Below are positions 20,674-31,085 of a stretch of DNA of 64,000 bases, piece after piece (the stretch's first letter is position 1; each line of letters opens with the position of its first letter). Source of the DNA: Opitutales bacterium. Its GTDB lineage: Bacteria > Verrucomicrobiota > Verrucomicrobiia > Opitutales > UBA2987. The stretch lies in the NCBI GenBank assembly GCA_965226885.1, contig CBDDEL010000017.1, positions 224,001 to 288,000 on the forward strand, written 5' to 3'. Both the position numbers and the translations under genes were made by a program. The notes under the pieces are model-generated. The model was not told where the DNA came from. It was given only the letters and a program-made list of their open reading frames with translations, and ran no database searches.

Positions 20674-21780
20674 GCGGTCGCACCTAATACCCGGATTTTA
20701 AATCTGTAAATCCGCTAATTGCCATTAAAGAGACCGGCCAACCGGTCGAATTATTTGAAGGCTCTCCTGTTGAATCAACCGGACCGGGGGCATTTTCCAG
20801 CCCTCATTATCTCCATGAGGATAGATCAAAAACGCATTCTTACAACCGCCCCCCTTTTCCTGGCCAAGGACATCAAACAGGGAAAAGAGCGCGGCTCCCT
20901 TTTGATCCTCAAAAATATTCCCCACCAGACTTACCTGACGGTTGACAAGGCTCAGTGGCGGGTGCTGCATCATTTTAAAAAACCCACGCCGGTGGCGGAC
21001 GTCATCCCCAGTCTCATCCTAAATCGCCATTGCCCACCCTTGCGCAGCTTATACGAATTGATTCTCAAGGCCGCCAAAGCGCAAATCCTGGTCGAGGAGG
21101 AGACAGTCCCGGGAAACGTCAAGGCAGTCAACTGGAGGTGGCTGGTCGGGGGCGAGTTTTCGCGTATTCTGGGAGCGGGATTCATCCTCTTTGGCCTCAT
21201 TAGTTTGATCGTTACCGGCAACAGCATGGAACTACCGCGCCATTCCTGGGAAATCCTGATCGGTTTCGGGCTCATCAGTTCGTCCTTAAGTCTCGGATAT
21301 GTTCTATCCGCCAGCGTTATGCGGGGCCTCGACTGCGAGGTTTACCGCCCGCATATTCACTGGAAAACACCGGTCCCGCATTTTCGGGTCGATATAGAAG
21401 ATTCTCACATGGGAGGCAAAGAGTGCGAACTGGGGGTGACCCTGATGAGAATGGCCCCGCTTTTCCTCATTTCCGGCCTCTGCAATCTCTATTACCCGGC
21501 CCTGGCTTATGTCATACTGCTCGGTATGTTTTTCATAACGCAGCCTTTTTTTGAAAGCCCCGCCCTAGGCTTTTGGTCCGCTCTTTTCCGGAAGGTTCGC
21601 TTGTCCACTTCCCACGATTTTCTCTTTGTCCAGAACAAGCTCCTGTGGGCGGTCATCAATTCCAAGGTAAAATTCGTGGAAAAAAAATACCTCCTGATTT
21701 ACGCCCTTTATACGATTACCTGGCTCGTACTCATCTTTGGCATCAATTTGCGCATCTTTGACATCAACGGAACCGCTTTG

Positions 21781-22582
21781 GGTAGTGTATAAAAAAAGAA
21801 TGTTATTTTGTATTTTTAGCTGTACAAATAGCGTTAGGCAGTTTATTCTTAGTGCATGGTTACTAAAATTATTAATTGTCGGCACTGTGGAAGTGAAAAT
21901 ATCATTAAATTTGGCAAGACGCCCAACCATAAACAGCGCTACCGCTGCCATGATTGTGGTAAACAAAGCCGCGAAAACCCCACAGTGAAATACACCGAAG
22001 AGCAAAAAGAAATGATCCTTCGAGTCTATCAGGAACGCAGCAGTCTACGCGGTTTACAGCGCGCCTTCGGGGTGAGTCCCAACACCGTTTTGAGTTGGTT
22101 AAAAAAAACGACAATCGCTGCGACCGCTCAAAAGCACGATTCTTGCGGCCCGCCGCCATGATGTCATTGAACTGGACGAACTGTGGTCTTTTGTGGGGCG
22201 CAAGAGCGATGCCCAATGGGTTTGGATCGCTCTTTGCCGACGCACCCGTCAAATCCTCTCCTATGCCATTGGGCCTCGGGATTGGTATCGTTGCCGGGAA
22301 CTTTACGAGCGTCTGCCACGGGCCTACAAAAGATGTGCCACCTACAGCGACTTTTGGAGCACTTATGATGAAGTCTTTCCTCATAACCGATCCGTGGGAA
22401 AAGAAACCGGTGAAACGGCCCATGTGGAACGATGGAACAATACCCTGCGCCAACGACTGGGTCGTTTCACACGCAAAACCCTCTCCTTTTCCAAGCTTAA
22501 GAGTATGCATGAAACCTGTCTGAGACTTTTCATTCATCAATATAATCAAGAATTAGCCACCATTCCTACTTAATACACTACC
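21781..22582 (+). mobile_element. IS1-family element
   Basis: IRs GGTAGTGTAT.../...ATACACTACC, 8-bp TSD CCGCTTTG (21773-21780 and 22583-22590), 802 bp. Confidence 0.95.
21856..22573 (+). CDS. IS1 transposase InsA/InsB (frameshifted at the A-run near 22100)
   Basis: Zn ribbon CRHC...YRCHDC; insB motifs ELDELWSFV, HVERWNNTLRQR and RKTLSFSK. Confidence 0.9.
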
Positions 22583-23663
22583 CCGCTTTGCTGGTTGAAT
22601 TTTATCATGCCGGGAAATTGAAAATCGTCAGCCTGGTCCTCTTGGGTATAGTGGGAGGGCTTGTTTTGATCTCCGGTTTTTTGGGACTGTGGATTTTACT
22701 GAAAAATATCTACCGGCTTTTGCAGAGCATCACCGTTAAAAGCAGGCAGCGATTCAAGAGCGTCGAGGTGGAAGATTTTTCCCGGCAGACCATCATCGAC
22801 GAACTGGCCAAATCCAGTCTATTCGAAGAATGCCAACCCCAAACCCTAGTCAAAATCGCGGACGCCGTCGATGTCATGGAGACGCCAGGGCGTAATTTTA
22901 TCATTAATGAGGGGGACGAAGACGACGATACTTTCTATCATCTGCTGGCAGGCAAGGTGGAAGTCATTAAAGAGCTTCCCTCGGGCCGTTATGATAGAAT
23001 CGCTGTGTTGGAGCGTGGAGATTCATTCGGGGAGATTGCCCTGCTTAAGAATGTCCCGCGCACCCGTTCCGTGCGGGCGTTGAAAAAGTCGATTTTGCTT
23101 TCCCTCACCAGGGAAAATTTCGAGCAATTGGTCCTGCCTTCGCTGGGAGCGGAGAAGATTCAGGAAATTCTCCAAAAAAGAGCCTTTCTTTCCCGCATAC
23201 CGCTGTGCCGCAACTGGCACCCGCAGGCCCTCCAAAAGTTCGCCTCCCTCTCCTCTTTGAACATCTATGATAAAAACGATATCATCGTTAAGACCGGCCA
23301 CAGCAACCAGTTCTTCCACATTGTTTTCGAAGGTATTTTTCATGTCACGAAGAGAGGAAAAACCTTGGCCAAACTAAAATCCGGCGATTTTTTCGGAGAG
23401 ATCAGCCTCCTGCAAAACAGCGTTTCCACCGCCAATGTGGTAGCCTCCGAAGATTGTAAATCGCTCAGCATGCACAAAAAGGAATTTCTGCGCTTTATCG
23501 GCCTGCAATTCGAGAAAATCAGCTCCAAGCGCCTGCAAAGACCCATCTTCCCGCTCGAAGGCCGCTCCTTCGAAACGGTCGATGCCTGTTGACTCTGTCC
23601 CATTTAATTTCGGCGCGCAATTTTTGGGAGCGCAGATATAGGAAAGAAGATTGTTTCTTTTCC

Positions 23664-24476
23664 TCAGGAGCTGATGGCGAATTGCTCGATGGAATCGCAA
23701 AGGCCGCTGGCGGCGTCGATTTGGATGAGGGCGCCGCAGAGGCGGACATCTTCTTCGGCCACGGGAAATTTTCGGGGCATGCCGTCCAAAAACCGGGCCA
23801 CTACGGCCTGCACTTCGCGCCCGATGACGGATTGGTAGGGCCCCGTCATGCCGGCATCGGTCAAATAACCCGTGCCGCGAGAGAGGACCGCGGCATCGGC
23901 GGTGGGTATATGGGTGTGGGTTCCCACCACGGCGCAGGCACGCCCGTCGAGGTACCAGCCCATGGCGGTTTTTTCGGAAGTTGCCTCGGCATGGATTTCC
24001 ACGAAAACGGCATCGGTGTCCGCTTTCAACTGCTCTAATAAACGGTCTGCCGCATCAAAGGGGTTGTCCGTTAACAGGCGCATGAACTGACGCCCCAATA
24101 CGGTGAATAGGCCGAGGCGAAAGCCTTCTTTTTCCACCACCAGAAACTCCCGGCCCGGACAGTTGCTGGAAAGGTTGGCTGGGCGGCAAACTTGCTCCAG
24201 TTGGCCGATTTCGGACTCAAATCCCCGTTGATCCCAGACATGGTCACCAAGGGTAATGGCGTCGATGCCGCACCCCAACAGTTCCTCGGCATTCTTGGCC
24301 GTCAGACCCGATCCCCCGGCGGCGTTTTCGCCATTGGCAACGACAAAGTCCAGAGCCAATTCCTCCCGTATTCGAGGGAGTTCCCGAGAAACGACATCCC
24401 GTCCGGGGCGGCCAACGATATCTCCTATGAAAAGTAGTTTCGGCATGATATCTCCTATGAAAAGTAGTTTCGGCAT
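23664..24476 (-). CDS. ymdB: YmdB-family metallophosphoesterase
   Basis: [30 protein letters not shown] and DAGMTG motifs. The first 10 codons are duplicated. Confidence 0.9.
   Translation of the reverse strand: MPKLLFIGDIMPKLLFIGDIVGRPGRDVVSRELPRIREELALDFVVANGENAAGGSGLTAKNAEELLGCGIDAITLGDHVWDQRGFESEIGQLEQVCRPANLSSNCPGREFLVVEKEGFRLGLFTVLGRQFMRLLTDNPFDAADRLLEQLKADTDAVFVEIHAEATSEKTAMGWYLDGRACAVVGTHTHIPTADAAVLSRGTGYLTDAGMTGPYQSVIGREVQAVVARFLDGMPRKFPVAEEDVRLCGALIQIDAASGLCDSIEQFAISS
24417..24476 (-). repeat. 30-bp perfect tandem duplication of the ymdB start
   Basis: GATATCTCCTATGAAAAGTAGTTTCGGCAT x2, encoding [10 protein letters not shown] x2. Confidence 0.95.
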
Positions 24477-24562
24477 AACAGTATCCAACCATCCGTAGGG
24501 CCTGAAAAAAATTCTTCAATAAAAAGTGGACAAAACCGATAAAATTAGCTAAAAAAAACTGA

Positions 24563-24670
24563 ATGATCATAAACCGCTCAATATCGAAAGTTCTCGAAAT
24601 CGCCTCCGGCCGCGCCGTGAGCGTGATTGATGGCGGTGTACTCGGCCTTATTATTGTGGCCGTAGCCTGA
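24563..24670 (+). CDS. putative ilvB leader peptide (35 aa, Ile/Leu/Val-rich)
   Basis: MIINRSISKVLEIASGRAVSVIDGGVLGLIIVAVA*; 16 of 35 residues are I/L/V; ends 124 nt before ilvB and is followed by a hairpin. Confidence 0.7.
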   Translation: MIINRSISKVLEIASGRAVSVIDGGVLGLIIVAVA

Positions 24671-24794
24671 TCCGGGCAGCGTTAATTATTTAAAACACTT
24701 AACCTGCGCTCCCGGATGACCTCAAAGTTTCCGATAGGAATTCTTATGCCCGTCTATATTTTTTACCTCAACACACCATAAAACCCAAATAAAA

Positions 24795-26597
24795 ATGAAA
24801 CCAGCAACCTCTACCGATAAAAACGAAACGGCTAATGTCGTGAACTTCCCGCAAGACGAAACCGGCCCGCCCATGAAGGGAGCCGAAGCGCTCGTCGCGG
24901 CCCTTGAACGGGAAGGAGTTGAAATTGTATTTGCCTACCCCGGCGGCGCTTCCATGGAGTTGCACCAGGCGTTAGTTCGATCTAAAAAAATCCGCACCAT
25001 CCTTCCCCGGATCGAGCAGGGAGGCGGTTTCATGGCCCATGGTTATGCCCGCTCCACCGGCAAAACAGGCGTTTGCATGGCCACCAGCGGTCCCGGCGCC
25101 ACCAACCTCATTACCTGCATCGCGGATGCCTACATGGACAGCATTCCCCTGGTCGCCATCACAGGGCAGGTACACCAATGGAACATCGGCAAAGCGGCTT
25201 TCCAGGAGACGGATTTCTTTGGGATGACCCTGCCGATAGTCAAACACAGTTACCTAGTGCTGAACAAGGACGACATACCGGCGATTGTCAAAGAGGCCTT
25301 TCACCTGGCCAATAGCGGCCGGCCGGGTCCGGTCGTCATCGACATACCCAAAGATGTCCAACAGGCAGTTTTCGAGCCGGTTTTCCCCGGTAGTGTGAAT
25401 ATTGTCGGTTACAAATGTGCCCCCCAAGCCAACGATGATGAACTACTCCCTATTCTCGATTTAATCGAGAAATCGCAGAAACCGGTCCTCTATGCGGGCG
25501 GAGGTATCATCTCCGGCCAGGCACACGAGGAATTGCTGGCTTTTGCCGAATTAACCGGTCTGCCCGTATCGACCACCTTGATGGGAGTGGGTTCTTTCCC
25601 CGAATCGCATTCACAATCCCTGCGGTGGTTCGGCATGCACGGAACGGTGGCGGGAAATTTCGCCGTTTACGAAAGCGACCTCCTAATGGTGGCGGGTGCA
25701 CGGTTTGACGACCGTATTACCGGTCTGGTGAGCAAGTTTGCTCCCCATGCCACCATCGTCCATATCGATATCGACAAGTCCGAGCATCAGAAAAACAAGC
25801 CGGTTAAATACCCCATCCATTCGGATATTAAATATGCCCTCGGCCGGTTGATCGAATTGGCCGAAACGAATCATTTTAATAAACCCGATTTAAGCAAATG
25901 GATGAAGCAGTTGAAAGAATGGCAGAAGGAGTATCCTTTCACCTATCAAAAGAACCAACACATCTTGCCCCAGGAAGCTATCGAAATCCTTTATCAGGAA
26001 ACGGGCGGACAGGCCATTATAACGACAGGCGTGGGCCAGCACCAGATGTGGGCGGCGCAGTTTTACCCCTTTCACAAACCCCGCAGCTATGTCAGCTCGC
26101 TTGGGCTGGGGACGATGGGTTTCGGGCTGCCCGCTGCCATCGGGGCCAAGGTCGCCTGCCCTGACCGGATGGTGGTGGATATCGATGGAGACGGTTCATT
26201 TCTCATGAACATACAGGAACTGGCCACTGCTTTCATCGAGAAGATACCGGTCAAAGTCATGCTCATGAACAACCAGCATCTGGGCATGGTCATGCAATGG
26301 GAAGACCTCATTTATGAAGGGGTGCGTGCCCATACAATCTTGGGAGACATAGATAACATCGGCGCCCCCGATAACCTGGAGGCCATCTATCCAAACTTCG
26401 TTGCCATGGCCGAGAGCTTTGGCTGCAAAGCCCGCCAAATTGTCAAGCGCGAGGACTTGCGCGGGGCCATCAAGGAAATGTTGGAATACGACGGTACTTA
26501 CATATTGGAACTGATCGTCCCTAACGAGGAACACGTTCTGCCCATGATTCAGCAAGGCAAATCGGCCAAGGAAATCCTCATCCACCCTAAGGATTGA
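24795..26597 (+). CDS. ilvB: acetolactate synthase large subunit
   Basis: [27 protein letters not shown] and [11 protein letters not shown] motif. Confidence 0.96.
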   Translation: MKPATSTDKNETANVVNFPQDETGPPMKGAEALVAALEREGVEIVFAYPGGASMELHQALVRSKKIRTILPRIEQGGGFMAHGYARSTGKTGVCMATSGPGATNLITCIADAYMDSIPLVAITGQVHQWNIGKAAFQETDFFGMTLPIVKHSYLVLNKDDIPAIVKEAFHLANSGRPGPVVIDIPKDVQQAVFEPVFPGSVNIVGYKCAPQANDDELLPILDLIEKSQKPVLYAGGGIISGQAHEELLAFAELTGLPVSTTLMGVGSFPESHSQSLRWFGMHGTVAGNFAVYESDLLMVAGARFDDRITGLVSKFAPHATIVHIDIDKSEHQKNKPVKYPIHSDIKYALGRLIELAETNHFNKPDLSKWMKQLKEWQKEYPFTYQKNQHILPQEAIEILYQETGGQAIITTGVGQHQMWAAQFYPFHKPRSYVSSLGLGTMGFGLPAAIGAKVACPDRMVVDIDGDGSFLMNIQELATAFIEKIPVKVMLMNNQHLGMVMQWEDLIYEGVRAHTILGDIDNIGAPDNLEAIYPNFVAMAESFGCKARQIVKREDLRGAIKEMLEYDGTYILELIVPNEEHVLPMIQQGKSAKEILIHPKD

Positions 26598-26631
26598 CGG
26601 GGCAAAACAACGGCGGAAAACTCGACCCGGA

Positions 26632-27054
26632 TCAGTTCTCGTGCCGTTTCTTCAAACCTTTAAAACCCAACGAATAAACGCCCTCGACGGTCTTTACTGC
26701 CTCCTCGTCAGTGGAATCTTCCTTGAAGCCGAATTCGGAATGCCAATGCAACTGGCAACTCAATTCGCTCTCTTCAGTTAGATCCATGGTGGCCACATAA
26801 TCGTCCATCGGCAGCGAGGATTCCAAAATCGAGTAAGTCAACGATCGGGCCTCGCTATCGAACCTCAACAATTTCTCAATGATTTCTGTGCCGTCAGCCA
26901 GGGAAAAGATGCGTACGCAGCCAACGCCCTCGCCCTCCAGACGGCTTACCACTACCGCCTCAAGATAATTGGGCAAGCCGTTAAAGTCGCTGATGGTTGC
27001 CCAAACCTCTTCAGCAGGGGCGTTGATAATGGATTTCATCGAAACATTTGCCAT
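26632..27054 (-). CDS. SRPBCC/polyketide cyclase family protein
   Basis: INAPAEEVWATISDFNGL..GVGCVRIF pattern. Confidence 0.85.
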   Translation of the reverse strand: MANVSMKSIINAPAEEVWATISDFNGLPNYLEAVVVSRLEGEGVGCVRIFSLADGTEIIEKLLRFDSEARSLTYSILESSLPMDDYVATMDLTEESELSCQLHWHSEFGFKEDSTDEEAVKTVEGVYSLGFKGLKKRHEN

Positions 27055-27142
27055 AATAGTTTTCCAGATTGATGGTTAATTTTCAAAATGCGAGATTCTT
27101 CCGGCAAAAAATGCGAATCGCTATGTCGCCACAGGGGCAATT

Positions 27143-27934
27143 TCAGGTAAGCCTGTCCAGACGCAGGCGATGCCGCTCGTCAAACAATCTCCAGGCGATG
27201 ATCCGCAAGGCCAGAAGAATGCCGAATCCGGTCGTGGCTGAAATGGTGAACATGATCAGTATCTGATATTTTACAGCTTCGATTACCGGGCTGCCGGCCA
27301 GGATTTGACCGGTCATCATGCCCGGCAGGCTGACGATTCCCGCCGTAGCCATGGCGTTGATGCTGGGAATCATGCCAGCTCTCATGCCTTCACGCCTCAG
27401 GTCGGCAATAGCCTGGTCGCGATCCTGGCCGAGGAGGAGCCGCTGCTCAATGATGGCGCTGTTTTGGGAAACGGCCAAAGTGAGGGTATTCATGCTCAGG
27501 GCGATTCCGGTCATGGTGTTGCCGGCCAGCATTCCAAACAGCGGTATGGCATATTGAGGCGTATACCAGGGTTCGGCGCCAACTATCACGATCAAGGTAA
27601 GTAGCAACACGGCAACCGAGGACAGGAAAATGGATCCGGCCCCGATGCCATAGCCGCTCCAGCCTTTCAGCCGCCTACTTTGCCGGGCGATGATTTCCCT
27701 GCTTGCGGCCACAATCATAATCGCTCCAAACAGGCAAATCCAGATCGGCTCGGTACTGGCAAAAACAAATTTCAATACCAGGCCGACGAGCAGCAGTTGA
27801 ACGGTGGTTCGCAACCCCGCCACCAGAATCTGGCCGCCCAACCCAAGCCGCAGACGAAAACTGAGACCAGCCAGGGCCAAGACCAGGATCGCGGCAATGG
27901 AAAGATCCAGGGCGCTAAGCGGTATCACATTCAT
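27143..27934 (-). CDS. fetB: FetB/YbbM-family ABC permease
   Basis: RTTVQL, IPLFGMLAGN and GIVSLPGMMTGQILAG..AVKYQI motifs. Confidence 0.88.
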   Translation of the reverse strand: MNVIPLSALDLSIAAILVLALAGLSFRLRLGLGGQILVAGLRTTVQLLLVGLVLKFVFASTEPIWICLFGAIMIVAASREIIARQSRRLKGWSGYGIGAGSIFLSSVAVLLLTLIVIVGAEPWYTPQYAIPLFGMLAGNTMTGIALSMNTLTLAVSQNSAIIEQRLLLGQDRDQAIADLRREGMRAGMIPSINAMATAGIVSLPGMMTGQILAGSPVIEAVKYQILIMFTISATTGFGILLALRIIAWRLFDERHRLRLDRLT

Positions 27935-28548
27935 GAGCCGCCGACCCCCGTTTTTTCCAGCAAAGAACCATTATCAAGATGATAACGGGTATGAGACACC
28001 CTTGCGGCCTGCTCATCATCATGGGTTACCCAAAGTATAGCGCAACCCGTGCCCTCGCTATATTCTGCCACCAGCGATTCCATTTTGGCAACATTTTCGG
28101 AATCGAGGCTCTTGGTCGGCTCATCCAGCAAAAGAACTCCCGGATTGTTGGCCAACAGGCGGATGAGGGCCAACCTTTGTTTTTCACCCGAAGAAAGGCG
28201 GCTAATTTCCCAACCGGCAACATCGGGATCGAAGCCGATTTTGCCAAGACGATTTTCATCGAAATTGGCAATATGCTCCCCCACGGTGGGATGCCACCAA
28301 CGGCTCTCCGCCGGCAGCATACCAACCTGCCGCCTCCACAAAGGAGCCGGCACACTGGAACATTCCGAGTCGTCGAGGCAAATCGAGCCCTCATGGGGAT
28401 CGAGATCGGCCAGCGCCCGCAACAACAGGGTCTTGCCCGAACCCGATGGCCCAGTCAAAGCGAGACAGGCAGAGCCTTCAATGACAAAACTAAACGGGCC
28501 TATATGCTCAGGTCCATAAATTAGATTATTAACTCGAAATCGACTCAT
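27931..28548 (-). CDS. FetA/YbbL-like ABC ATP-binding protein
   Basis: GPSGSGKT, LSSGEKQR and LLLDEPT motifs; overlaps fetB. Confidence 0.85.
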   Translation of the reverse strand: MSRFRVNNLIYGPEHIGPFSFVIEGSACLALTGPSGSGKTLLLRALADLDPHEGSICLDDSECSSVPAPLWRRQVGMLPAESRWWHPTVGEHIANFDENRLGKIGFDPDVAGWEISRLSSGEKQRLALIRLLANNPGVLLLDEPTKSLDSENVAKMESLVAEYSEGTGCAILWVTHDDEQAARVSHTRYHLDNGSLLEKTGVGGS

Positions 28549-28848
28549 CTCAATTGCCCTTGTTCTCGAATCTATACGGGCACTACCCTGCGGCTATGCG
28601 ATTTAATTTCAAGGCGTTAATAAACAAGGGCAATTTCGCGGCCATGCCGGATATGGCAAACGCTTACTGCTCTCCATACCCGCAGAAGCCAATTATAAAA
28701 TTCATGGTTATAGGACTTGGATAATTTTCAAAACAGGTTTATTTGTAAATAAAAATGAAGTAGTACATCTGTGTTTGGCGATATCTTTTTGGATAGGATG
28801 AGCTTCAATCAATGGGCAGAGTTGTAGGTTTCTGTATTTATCCAGTAG

Positions 28849-29484
28849 ATGAAAACTGTAGTTATAGTTGAAGATCAATAGCTGCTTTCCGAACTGCTCG
28901 GAGACCTTTTGCGCGATGAATTATGGCTACAGGTCGTAGCCGAATGCGCCGATGGCGTATCCGGTCTGGAAATGACCCTGGAAAAGAAACCCGATATGGT
29001 CATTCTGGATTTGATGCTCCCGAGGATGGATGGCACCACCGTTTTGCGTCAAATCAAGCACCACCAACCCAATATAAAAGTATTGACCATTTCTGCCAAT
29101 TTTACCCCGGAAATCGTCAAGACTCTGGCGGAAAATGGAGCCAATGGATTTATTTCAAAGGGAGAGAGTTTGGCCAAGTTGAAAGAAGCCGTCACCCATG
29201 TCATTGGGGGAGGGGTTTACTACTGCCCGGAAACGAGCAGGTTACTGAGGGAATCCCTCATTCAGGCTCCCAATGCCAAGTCAAAACCTACTCTCTCAAA
29301 AAGGGAAACCGATGTTTTGCAGTTGGTCGGAGAAGGCTACAGCTCGAAGGAAATTGCCAATCTGTTGGGCATCAGCGTCCGGACTATTGAAGCTCATCGA
29401 ACCAATATCATGCGCAAACTGGGATTAAGGAGCGCCACCGATATGGTTCGCACAGCGGTCAAATTGAAACTGGTCATACCATAG
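28849..29484 (+). pseudogene. NarL/LuxR response regulator with an in-frame amber codon 11
   Basis: MKTVVIVEDQ*LLSELLGDLL...; TAG at 28879-28881 upstream of an otherwise complete REC + LuxR HTH. Confidence 0.85.
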
Positions 29485-29594
29485 TAAGCAGATACTGGCG
29501 GCGAGGGGAACCCGGCCAGGCTCGATTTTTACTTTGTCGCGTTGAATAATTAATAATTTAGGTAAAAATTGAAAATGATCGAATTTGCATAAGT

Positions 29595-29990
29595 ATGAAA
29601 GCAGACGGCATCAAGACACCTCCAAAAATTCTCAATCGGTCCATAACGAGCCAGTTCGTCGAACGACCCTGGCAGGATCAAACTTTATACCATCGGCTGA
29701 TCTTTCTGTTTCAAAAGGAATCCCTATCCCTACTGGAACAGCTGAAAAATTGTGCGCACAATCAGGATATGGACAATATGCACGATCACGCTCATAAATT
29801 AATGGGGAATTGCGCCGTGGTGGGAGCGGAGAGGACTTGGACGCTCGTAGCCTCCGTTTGCCGAAAATCCGGTGCCGGCGAAGTCATCACTCCGAACGCC
29901 ATATCGGAAATTGAAAAAGAATTAACCATTTTCCTGCACGAGGTTGAATTATACCTGGAAGAGATTTTTCCTCCAAAAACAGCAAAATAA
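29595..29990 (+). CDS. Hpt (histidine phosphotransfer) domain protein
   Basis: AHKLMGNCAVVGA resembles the Hpt H-box AHxLKGS...GA; next to the response regulator. Confidence 0.75.
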   Translation: MKADGIKTPPKILNRSITSQFVERPWQDQTLYHRLIFLFQKESLSLLEQLKNCAHNQDMDNMHDHAHKLMGNCAVVGAERTWTLVASVCRKSGAGEVITPNAISEIEKELTIFLHEVELYLEEIFPPKTAK

Positions 29991-30183
29991 TATTTCCGTC
30001 GGATCACCTACCCTTCTTACCGGAGAGGCAAAGTGGCCGAAATTTTGGGCCAGGCATTCAGCATTTACAACCTGCCGTCATATTTCTTAAAACGTTATCT
30101 TTAAATTGTATTAGTACAATTTTGGCTTGGCAGGCATTTTTTTGTCACATTTTACTTTCTTTCAAAGCGCTTATTAATATACC

Positions 30184-31079
30184 GTGATATCCAATATGAT
30201 CCTTTTCAAACAGGCGCAATGCAGTACAATTTTCATTTTTTGTATTGCTTTGCTAACGTTATTGTCTAAAGTTGATGCAGCGCCCGACGAGTCAATAGCG
30301 GAGTACTTGAGAGAAACCAAATTCGATAAGGATATGATTCCGGGAAGCGCCCAGGCCGGAGCCGCCATTCCTTTAAGCAATGGACGGCAAATCGTTCGCA
30401 ATAAAGCGGGATCGTGGTTTGTAGGATACGACGGCAAAAATGGCCCGCAATTGGCGACGGCTGCCAATACCCGATCGGAGGGCAGGCACTTTTCAACCGC
30501 AATTAACCTGGGCGCCCTGCTGGAAATGACGCCCCGGACATCGGAAGGACCCGGACATCGGAAGGATTCAGCATGGGCATCGATGCTGATGACAAACTTC
30601 ACGCAGTATGGGGGACCAGGGATGGCATTTTCAACAGTTGGTGCGATGTTAGCGGCAGAAACGGTTATGCAAAAGTTTCCCAACCCGCGGCCTGGAAAAA
30701 AACTTCCGCCCAACAGTGTTTTGAGCAAATTACCGATGCCCAGGCTCGTTTGGGAGACCTCGCAATCGCCCCAAACAACCAATTGTGGATCGTATACAGC
30801 CAAGAGGGAAATATTGTGGTAACCCGGCCTGTCGATGGAATTGGACCCCGTGGCAAATTCGAAGTGGAGGTGGTCGATGCCGATTCAGGAAAACCCGTTC
30901 CCGGTTTTGAACGCTCAGACTTTCATTCCATTAACTCCGGTTTGGATATTCCGGTAGAGTGGGATGGCGGAACCCGGCTTTCCGATATTAAAAGGGCGAA
31001 TTTTATCTTCAGATTTTATTTGACGGAAAATGAAGTTCGATTTCACGCTTTTCGTTTTACCAAAAAGGGGACTATTTAA
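30184..31079 (+). pseudogene. secreted beta-propeller-like protein, frameshifted by a 17-bp duplication and probably internally deleted
   Basis: CCCGGACATCGGAAGGA x2 at 30533-30566. Removing one copy fuses ORF 30184 in frame with ORF 30573. Confidence 0.75.
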
Positions 31080-31085
31080 TAAGCT

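Larger units (their letters stand above)
20815..23592 (+). pseudogene. membrane protein with two cNMP-binding domains, interrupted by IS1
   Basis: Removing IS1 and one TSD joins ...NGTAL to LVEFYH... in frame. The C-terminal half has two FGEI(A/S)LL cNMP motifs. Confidence 0.88.

Noticed and set aside
28879..28881. In-frame TAG as evidence for stop-codon recoding or pyrrolysine
   Set aside because: TAG ends normal genes in this window (e.g. rpe), and no pyl genes are seen. A nonsense mutation is simpler.
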